From Klebsormidium nitens (lineage: Eukaryota > Plantae > Klebsormidiophyceae), in contig DF237284.1 in NCBI GenBank assembly GCA_000708835.1, positions 52,886-103,371 of the forward strand: a stretch of 50,486 nucleotides of DNA, in the 5' to 3' direction. The notes below the pieces were generated by a model. The model saw nothing but the letters and a program-made list of their open reading frames with translations. It was not told the origin of the DNA and searched no databases. Both the position numbers and the translations under genes were made by a program. Numbering within the stretch: the stretch's first letter is position 1; each line of letters starts with the position of its first letter. Of this stretch, positions 1-9,900 are shown in pieces.

Positions 1-481
1 TGAGGCTGGCAGTATTATAATTCCTATATCATTATATCTCACAGACTCGGAGTTTCTGTGGTGGCACGACCTGTGCTCATGAAGTCCTGAAAACCTGGTG
101 TTAACCTGTGTTAACCTCGTCGTGTTAAGGTACGATGAGTGGGGCAGATGCAAGGAAGACGGGGTTAATTTCGTACAAACCCAGAAGGGTTTATGCCGTA
201 GTTTACTGCCAAACCCACCATCAAACCGGCTTCCACTGATGCCTAGAATTGGGCAGAAGCAAGCTTTTCTGAAGACTTCAGAAAACTTCACTGTCTTCAG
301 TGAAGTTTTCAACTTCAAGTTCAACGAGCAATTCACGTTCTGCAATCCAATTTCCATTGAAGATGGACTGCATGATCCGATGGAATTGGGTCATCTCAAG
401 CTGGGCTATCCAAGCACGCCCTTCCTATAGTCTCTTGTGTAATTGAAATTTGAGCAACTCCAGTTGCGTAGGAGGTCAGAG

Positions 482-1798
482 ATGGATGGCCAAAAGAGGA
501 AGCGAAGGAAGAAGGGGAGGACGCATCTCAGCACACCAAGGAAGCAGGGAAGGAAAGGACGACATCCTGTGGCAGAAGATGCAGACATTCTGGATCAGCA
601 GGCAGTAGTCCTGGAGGCAAACAATGATGAATGCAGTAGCGAGCCCGAATCTTGCAGCATTTCAGATGGTGCTTTTCCAGGGGAAGACACCCCGTTTATG
701 GGGGGAGCCAAGCCGCAGGTCCTGTCGGGGGAAAGCGAGCCTATTGAAAAGATAGCCCCGTCCAATCAGGAGGGCATTCAGAAGCAGCAGGGAAGTGAAG
801 AGCAGCGACAGGAGCCAGAGCAGGAGAGACAGCTGGGGCAATCAGTGCAGAAGGTTTCGCTTCCACCCCTTCCAATTGCCCCGCAAGCGGACATACAAAT
901 TGCGGCTCTGCCAGGCCATCAGTCACATCAACGGCTCAAGCCGCTGCGTCCGCTTGGGCCAGCTGGTGTGAATGCCCCCCAGTGGCCTGCACACACATTC
1001 TGGATGCACGGTGCTCCGCCATATGCACCCTTGCAAAGACCTTTAGATGGCCATCTTCAGCCCCGTGTCCAGATTCTACAGCCAAACCCCTCTCTTCCCC
1101 CTGTCATAATCTACCCTCCCCCAATCATGCTATCTCCTCCTCTGGGTCACCTGGGGCCAGGACCGTCAGCGCAGTCTGCAAGCCTCAACATTGATCCGCA
1201 GATCCTCTCTACATGGCCCCCACCAAAGCAGCAGACAGCTGCTGCTGCGCACCCTGAGCTTGTAAAACTGCTGACATGTAGCTGCGATAAATCAGGAAAT
1301 GAGAGGGGGGCCACTCAGACCCCGGCGGGGGATGCCACGCAACCTGCCAAAAAGTGCGCATGTGATGTCTACAAGTTCTGCAGACAGGTGGGGGCCTTGC
1401 CCTTGTCCGAAGACGTCGCCGCTGCCCTTGCAGCCTTTCAGCACGATGACACAACGAGGGGCCGCAAGGAGGAGGCTGTGCGGTACTTTCTGTCCCAGGT
1501 GATGCGCCAAGTTCTGGGGTTCAACGTTCCTTTCCTGCACAAGCTCTGTGCCTTGGCTGAGGCAGCCAACGCTCGCTCGCAGTGCGAGGCGACCAAGGGG
1601 GCTGGCTTGTCCACAAGGACCGAGTCCCTTTGCAACCTGGTCACGACGTGCTTGCCGCTAAAGCCTGCAACGTCAGCAGAACGAGCGCTGGGGACTGTGT
1701 TGCTTCCTCTAGAGTGTGTTGCTGCCAGTCCCTTCATATTCAAGCTCTACAAAGAGCTCAACATGAGCAAAGGGGCCCAGAAGAGAGCACCCACTTAG
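482..1798 (+). CDS. Hypothetical protein with a basic NLS-like N-terminus, Gln/Pro-rich middle and Cys-containing helical C-terminus; apparently single exon
   Basis: Long open frame 443-1798, first ATG at 482 (MDGQKRKRRKKGR...). KRKRRKK and RKQGRKGR basic clusters. No family recognised. Confidence 0.55.
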   Translation: MDGQKRKRRKKGRTHLSTPRKQGRKGRHPVAEDADILDQQAVVLEANNDECSSEPESCSISDGAFPGEDTPFMGGAKPQVLSGESEPIEKIAPSNQEGIQKQQGSEEQRQEPEQERQLGQSVQKVSLPPLPIAPQADIQIAALPGHQSHQRLKPLRPLGPAGVNAPQWPAHTFWMHGAPPYAPLQRPLDGHLQPRVQILQPNPSLPPVIIYPPPIMLSPPLGHLGPGPSAQSASLNIDPQILSTWPPPKQQTAAAAHPELVKLLTCSCDKSGNERGATQTPAGDATQPAKKCACDVYKFCRQVGALPLSEDVAAALAAFQHDDTTRGRKEEAVRYFLSQVMRQVLGFNVPFLHKLCALAEAANARSQCEATKGAGLSTRTESLCNLVTTCLPLKPATSAERALGTVLLPLECVAASPFIFKLYKELNMSKGAQKRAPT

Positions 1799-4041
1799 CT
1801 AGCAATTTGATACAGACATGTCAAAAGGTCGACTTGTGTCTGGAATCGATCTCTCGTTAAGAACTCCAGATATGCAGATCTGGAACTTTGTAAACTAGGT
1901 ACATAAGGCTGTTATAGTAGGACGGGTACTGAATTCTGTGTGTTAGATCCTTACAAGGGCATGCAGCAATTCTTGGACGACTAGCTGCGGTGACATATCA
2001 TGCTCCGGGCCCATCATGCAATGTATGATGATTGTATGCCTCTTACAGACCGTTGTCAATCCACACATCTGTAGGGTAAAAGCCGTGTCACACTGAGCAT
2101 GTGCAGCCTGAGTTACGCAGCTGATTATATAGAGTTTATGTTTAGCTTATCCGTCCCAAGTTGGCTAGCTGTCATCAAAGATTGTCTGATTGCAATAGTT
2201 CTGGTCAACACCAGCTATCCGACTTAGGTAGTCGAGAGTGAACTTCCTCTTATATGTCCTTCTTGCCATGACGCCACAATCCGGGCCCAAGCCCAGTACA
2301 TACAGCTAAAGGGTGGTCACCATGGTCTGCTTAATTCATGCATATCAAATCGTCATACACGATATGTCTTATGAGGACCTACAGACAGTACGTACGGTAT
2401 ATACGTGTGCAACACGAAATATATAGTCTGGAGATTGTACCTACACAGCCGGGTACTTGAAACTAAAACATTGAAGGTGCCACCACGAAGTTGCATCAAT
2501 GATGCCGCCACAACCAATCTGCTTAAAAATGGTGCCAGAATCATCGATCATATCTGATGCACAGTGACAGGGCAGGCCATCATATATGTGCAGATATGAT
2601 CAATTGTCTGTGGCCGCGGCTTGTAGTTGCGGCAGTGGATTGGAATGGGCATTCATGATTGATTTCACATGGAAGCGACATGACAAATGCAAAACATAAT
2701 CGACAATGACCAACGTCGAAAATTATGCCCACAATGAAACAGCCGAGGCCACCACATGGGCACCACATACGGGCCCGGCGCAACGACCTCAATGTCTACC
2801 CCGCCAAATTGGACGTTCTCAACGAGGGTTAATTGCGGCCAAAACGATCTTAAGATAGCAATCTCAAGCAGCTGCTGTGCCCTTTATGGTCTCACGTGAA
2901 CGACCTGCTATGAACGTGTTCCAAAGCAGCGCTGAGATACTTTCCTAAGGTGACGCAGGCTGGAGCTCCTCCATTGGCTGACGTGAGCTTAAGCATGAGA
3001 GCTCAAACATAACGTGAGCTTTGACCTTCTGCAATGTCAGTGTATTATGGCCTTGACAATCAACAGATTGTGAAGATCTCAACATGTCAAACACATTAAA
3101 GTTACAGATCGGCTTACTTGCTTCCTTTGTCCTCCTTCCATAGCTGCCAAAAGTATCCCCCTTCACCACGATACCAGACAGCCAGACGCGAAGGGGGCAC
3201 GCCAAGTTTGTAGGCCATGATAATAAATTGGTTTGTTAGCTGCAGGCGGATCGTGTATGTGTCAGCGCAGACGAGAAATAAAAGAGTCGTCTCATAGGGT
3301 GGTCACATTTGAGGCCGCGACGACCCTTGGGGCCGGAATTCCGGCCCTCGGAGTGGCAAATCCACCCTCGGGGCGGAATTCCCACCCTAAGGTTCGGGGT
3401 CGCAACAGCTTTAGCCGATCCAAGACCTCCGAACTAGGGTGGGTTCGCTCAATATACCGTCGCGACTTGAGACTGCACAAAGCGGAAAGTTCTAGCTGTC
3501 CAGTCGAGTGGCCCCAACTGCAAATATGACCGAAGTGGGTTTCAAGGGTCGGTGCGCACCCTTCGGGTTCGGTGCGCCGGTTTTCCGAGGATACAGATGT
3601 GACCACCCCATCAAATGTGCCTTCAAATCTTTGAGCAGAACGAGAATAACTGAATACGAAAGGAAGTAACCGGCTCACTGCTGAGTCGTAAAATTCCCTG
3701 AATTGAGTGGGAGGAAGTGCAGGAACGTCGAGGCAGACCAAATTCAAAAACACGGCTCTGACATGACATTCCAATGACAGACAATGGAATCTCCACAACG
3801 AATCTGTTCCACTCGATCAGAACCAGTAACAGCAAGCAAGCAAGAATCTGCAAGCTAGACGCTTTCTTTCAAAAAGCCCGCAGATAAGCATTTGCACAAT
3901 ACGAAAGGTTCTATACAAAGGGAGTAACGAGACAACGCTCCGCCACTTCGTGCGATTCAGATCCACGTAAACTTGTCACGAAATGGACCTCATAAACGAG
4001 CGAAGCGCCCAGATTTGAAAGCGGCCGAAGACACAACTTAC

Positions 4042-6254
4042 CGTTGTTTGTAGGACACCTTTCTTCTCCCATCTTCTCGCCGATGCTGTGATGGTCGCAT
4101 CTATCAGCGTCGGTTGGCTGAGCTTTTTAAGGTCGCGAACCTGTAGAGACACGTAGGATACACGGGCTCACAAAGGGCCTCGGTAAACTTCCACCTGGCT
4201 GGCTCCTTCGTCTCGCAGACTGGTTTAGAGTACCATACAGGGTCGAAGATGACTCAACGGAAGGACTGATACAAAGGAGATGCTGCAAGAAGCTCCTCGT
4301 GGTGACTTATAGCATCTGCTCAGGCCTCACTAAAGATGCTTTTCAAAGCTGCTTCTGGCAATGTCAGTACTTTAACGCAACGCCCTCTTCGAGCTTAATT
4401 CGGGGTGGGCATAATGGCGACAGCGTGGAGCTGTTATGGGAGAAAGTGACCCGCCTCACCAACTGGTAGTCCTCCATGAGGGGCATGTCGCGGTAGCCTC
4501 CCACCTCTTCAAACAGGCGGCGGTGGACAAAGATGCCCTGATCTGCAGCACATGATTGCAATGACAGTCAGGTGCCGTCACAACGTATCTCGAGCAGGGC
4601 ACTTAACCACGAAAGACAAAACCACCAGAGTGAACGTGTTCCGTGGGTTGACAGTGTTCCAATCTTGGCCCGACAAAATCCATGGTCGAGCCTTCAGCGA
4701 TTTTCTGAGGGGCATGGACGGAATCAGGGCTTGAAGCCCGACCTAAACGACCGTGTGAGCGAATGTTTCCGACCTTGAATCTATCTCAAATACTACTCAA
4801 GGTATTCACACAAGGAATTAGGCAAACGCGATCGTGATCAGTGCTCGTTCGTACGCAAAGCAGACAGCGGCTTGCCTCCGTAGGGAAGGTGTTTCCACCT
4901 GGTTCGCATCTCGACCCCCTTCTCCACCATCCGGAGCCCTGCGCCAGGGCCGTCGAGTGCGATCTTTGTGAAAGCTCCCCAGCCCGGGGGGGAAGGAGGT
5001 CTGCTTCTAGCCATGCCTGCTTTGGTTTGTGGGAGGGTGGCTTCTGGTGGAGGGGATGGTGACCCTGTGTCTGAGGGGCACATGGCATCCAGAATAAGGC
5101 TCTGGTACCTGAAGACCAGAATGTTACGAGGTCAGGCACAGTTCTGGGTTGAGAAAGAAGGTGGCTGATTGTTTGCAGTAGTTAACTTGACCCGTAGCAG
5201 GGTTAAGTTGCGGAACAGCGGAGTGTAAGTTTTGTGGCTAACGCATACACCCGTTGCCCATCTTTCAAAGTGGTACTCAGAGGGACCACGGCATTCACGA
5301 AAAGACAGCCCAAAGAAGCAAAGTAATTAGGACCGAAGTTTCTCGTGGGACCACTCTGCCTTGTATTTTAGGCCCTTGAAGAGTTTACTCAAGCACAATC
5401 GCTTCACTTTTCCGATCGCTTAGCTTTTGATTACTTCATTGGCTTTTTGATTGGCTTCCTGCGGATCAACTTGACCTCTTCGAACCTCAGCCACTCACCC
5501 TGGGGGAAGAACACAGTCGCTATGCAGAAAGAGCAGCACATCCCCCTTTGCAACTTGGGCCCCCGCGTTCATCTGGGCCGACCTGCCTTTTGGTGCTTCA
5601 ATAACTCGTGCACCCATAGACTTTGCGATCTCGCGCGTCTTATCCGTAGAACCCCCATCGACAACAATGATCTCTGCCGCACGTTCGGCATCTTTGGGGC
5701 TTCGTGCACTGTAGAGAAAGAGAAAGCCAACATCAGGAGTTTTAGAAAGGAGGGGCAGCATGAGCAACTTAGTACTAGTACGAAGGAAGTGGTTGGAGAC
5801 TGCACTAGTATGCGGTACTGAGCCCTTGAACACCTAAGGAGACAACTCGAGTTCAAACGCCCCCAGGACCCACCCACAATACAATTAGCTAAAGACAAGG
5901 ATTGGCATTATCCACTTTCCATTTAGCAGATGCTGTGTGCTCCCTCGCTAGAAGTCAACAAGATTGCAATGGAACACACTTTTTGATTTTAAAGTTCCCA
6001 CCACCATTTGTATCGAAGTTCCCCCACTGTGACAACATGCCCCTGCAGGAACCAAGGAATAGATCAGAGAGCAGCCAGATGTTGCTTTCCCACCTTTTTA
6101 GTGCACCGCTGATGTTTGCCTCCTCATTGAAAGCTGGAACAATCACTGAAAGAGTCTCGCAGCTGCACTCTTCCTTGGCTTTCTCCTGCTTTTTAGTGGC
6201 CTCATTTCCAGTTCCCTTGGACCGCCCCAAGAACGGAAAAACGAGCATGTTCAC
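4042..6254 (-). CDS. Family 2 glycosyltransferase (GT_2_like_a / TIGR04283-like). Exons 6254-6094, 5708-5499, 5108-4876, 4542-4460, 4140-4042; last exon(s) below 4042 unresolved
   Basis: Motifs LSVIVPAFNEE, EIIVVDGGSTD, GRSAQMNAGA, LLFLHSD, LPYG-DQGIF, GGYRDMPLMEDY, TASARRW join in frame across the introns. Intron 3 needs a GC donor. Confidence 0.88.
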
Positions 6255-6993
6255 TATTGGAAGAACACCACCCCATTCATGGTGAACTCTACGAGACGCA
6301 GTCTGAGCAGAGAGGCTACTCGATTGACAGGTAAAGGGGTTGAAGTTTGCCCCAACACCCTATCCAATCATCAGCAACTACTGGCTTCCCTGCAAATTGC
6401 TTGCTGAGTGGTTGATGCAGAGCTGTTTGATACAACTCATTGTCTCTCAAGTTTTCCAGTAAAGGAGACTGGGGGCCACATTTAAAAACTAATGCTGGTG
6501 CCACCAGACGGCACTGCGCGCTTTTCTGTCAGCTCTTCAAAACAAGTACATGTGGGACTGACGTTGCTTGCAACAGATCGAGCTTCAGAAGCATCTATCC
6601 TTGAAGAGCCACAAGATTTTGGAAGGTCGCCATTCCACTTGGCCAGTGCTGCAGAATGTCCTGAAAGGACTTGGCAGACTCACTGTTGAAGGTCAACTCG
6701 GACAGTGTCAGCATTTTGACCACTGTATAATTCATTCATTCATTCAAACTTGAAAACTCGCAAGATTGTTCAGAAGTTCACTTCGACTTGGACAAAGTGC
6801 GCAGTGTGGCAAGTTTGGCAAGAAATGCCGTTTCAGCAACAATAATCAGGTGTGGAGAGAAGGGAGCACAAAGTAGGATGCTGTACTTTGCTGATTGACA
6901 GGTGCATAGCTCACGGGCTGCATATACCTAGCTGGTTCTCTGATGGCTGGCCAAGTCTGTTCCTGACATCAGCAGCAAAGTTGCAAACGAAAG

Positions 6994-9900
6994 ATGGGGT
7001 CGAATGTGCTCTTTCGGTGCATTGGCCTCAACCAACCGAAGCAGGTCTCTTTCGTTGGCAAACAAGATTCCTGCATTGCAGAAAGATGCATAGATGCATG
7101 TGCTCCGTCTTCTTCACATTCATTCTTCTGTGGCAAGGCAAGGCAACAGACATCGCACGTCAACCGCAGGTTAAAGAATGTTTTTGAAAACCACGCTTTC
7201 AACAAAAACTGGGAAAGCAGCCCCTCTGCATTTAGTTCCAAACATGATATATTACGGCCAATGCATCTGGGCGATGGTGGCTTGGAAAGTTCAGTGCATA
7301 GACCGGGGAGGCGGAGGAGGGGCCGGCGGCGGCAGGTGCACGTATGTGCAGGGAATGCTTCGGACGCCGACGAGAAGCCACAGATCAATGTGAGCTTCTG
7401 CACTACAGTTGCAAAACCTCTCCTCTAGAGGATGAGGTGCGAGGATAGCGATCCTACACACTGGAACCTATCAACAGTCTGCTCATTTGAAACAGTGGGG
7501 CAGGTAACTAAGTGAGCCGGTCTGTTTTTCTAGAAAGTTGGCACAACGAAAGCATTCCTAGGACTCCCAATTTAAAACCTTGGACAGCTTCTGTGGTGGT
7601 GGTACAGCTTAGTTGTGTGGACTGCAGACAGACCGGCTTGACAGTCTTTCTAATGGCATAGTGGAAGTCGCAGTGTGGGAGGAAGTCTACAAAACGTGCA
7701 CTTGCCCAGGCTGCTCAAGAAGTGCGTTCAAGGTCTGCCATGACCAAGAATTGTCACATCAAATCACTTCTATTCCTCAAGGCCAGTGTCCCAGCGGATC
7801 AGTATATCCCGCCAAGGCCTCATCAATGTCAGGATTCTGTATGAAGTCTAATCCTTCTGATGAGTTTTCTGTGCTGGCGGACCCCACAACTCGAGAATCT
7901 TTACGTTGCTCGCAGGGGAAAACAAAGCGAGATATGTTGCTGGAGTACGTCAAGAACGTGAAGCCGGAGTTCATGGATCTCTTCGTCAAGGGCACACCAG
8001 AGACGGTATGCAGACTTGCCTACCGGGACATTCATCATTTGAAGGCAGATTGTGGCGCTGCTGAAGCTGTCATTTGATAAGGGAGAGCGCGTACTACGTA
8101 CTGTCTCCTGACTTTGTAGGCAATCTGACCCAAAACGGACCTCTTGATCCCTTGTCAACTGGCTAAGTATCTGTCAACGCCCTCTTCATCTGAAGTCATT
8201 GACAGGTCTGGAGTCATAAACGCACTCAGATGCATATAAAGACAAGCCCCAAACCAGACTCCTACTGATCTTGACCCAGACCCTTTGACTCGGGATATCC
8301 AGATTGGACGTGCTGGAATTTTGGAGACCACTTCAGGTAGTTCAGGTCATTGCCTTGATTGTTGCAACCTTCTCAACATGTACTCACATCACTATGAACT
8401 AATAATCTCATAAATTTACTTTTGCCAGGTCGTGGACGCCATGCGACAAACGGTGACCAACATGCTCGGCACGCTGCCCCCACAGGTGAAATTCGTCTCA
8501 CTTCTCTTTAGGTCCTTTCGTTTCTGATGCTGCCCTTTTCGCCAGTGTTATTTCAAAGGGGTGTGAACAAGCCAGAAGGTTCTGCTATGAAGATTGTGCT
8601 AGAAAACGACCTTGCAGTGAAGAGAGGGCGTGGATTTTGGAAGAGCGAGACCTGGTAGTGTCATTGAGTCTGCATCGAGAAAGCACATGACTTTTTTGGA
8701 ACTCTGAAATTTTTGCATTAGTACTCTACATGCATGCCACTGCAAACGTTTGTGCTGATTCATTCAAAGCTCTCTAGGCGCTTTCATTATGTCTTCGTGC
8801 ATCTCGAGAAATGATCCAATCAGGCCTTCACAGTCCTGTGATCTTCTATGCCAAGGACCCTCTTCATTGCCCTAGGACTTTCACGACGACCATCCCTACA
8901 CCGTCTGCCCTCTTCTAACGAGGCCCCTTCTCCTTACAAAGGCGACATCGTACTTGAATGTTCTAGAAAAGTCTGCTCGAGTTCCTCGCAACCTCTTCGC
9001 TAGGTTTGCACCAGAGCTGTTCTTTGTTGCGGGGTCTTCCAGGTGACAATTTGCGACGTGGCGAGACCCCGGCGCAGATCATGTACAGCGTACCGACATC
9101 CTGGGCCATTGTCGGGAAAATCGAGTGCCAAGCTTTTCGAGTCTTCCAGAAACCCGTTGTTCATTTCATTCCGTTCCATTCCGTTCCCCCGCAGTTCTTT
9201 GGAGTGACCATCCTGACGGTGGGCGAGAACCTGGCGCAGCCGATGTCAAGTGTACTGAAACTGCGAGCGAGATCCGAATTCAGCAGATTGTCCGATATTC
9301 TTAGGATCCCGCTTGAGTACCTCACGACCTCAATCAGAATGTCCAAAAATACAAGAACTTAAAAAAAATCAAACCTTCAAGGCCGTTCCTCCTGCAGTTT
9401 TTCGAGGTGACCATCTCGACGGTGGGCGAGAACCTGGCGCAGCTGATGTACAGCGTGCTGATGACGGGCTACATGTTCCGCAATGCCTACTACCGCATGG
9501 AGCTCGCGCACACGCTGGATCTGCAAGCCCTCCCGGACCCAGAGCGCTGCAAAGAGGTGAGCATGGTTCGTTCAGGTTCGTTTGAAGACCTGTTAGACTA
9601 ACTTAGTTGCTCTCAAGCAAGCTTAGCTGTGCGGTTAGTCAGACACACAGAATGGTTCGCGCACACGCTCCACTTGCAGGCGCTGCCGGACTCAGACCTT
9701 TGCAAAGAGGTGAGTAGTATTCGGCTTTGCCGGAAGACCTGTCAGACGGGTCCGTCTTTAATCAAGCTGTTATGTCGCTGAAGATTCGGACGTACGAACT
9801 AGGCATGGAGCTTGCACACACGCCGTGGACCTGCAGGCTTTGTCAAACCCAGAGCGCTGCAAAGAGGTGAACAGGGGCTGATTCGAAAGCCGGCCGGAGA

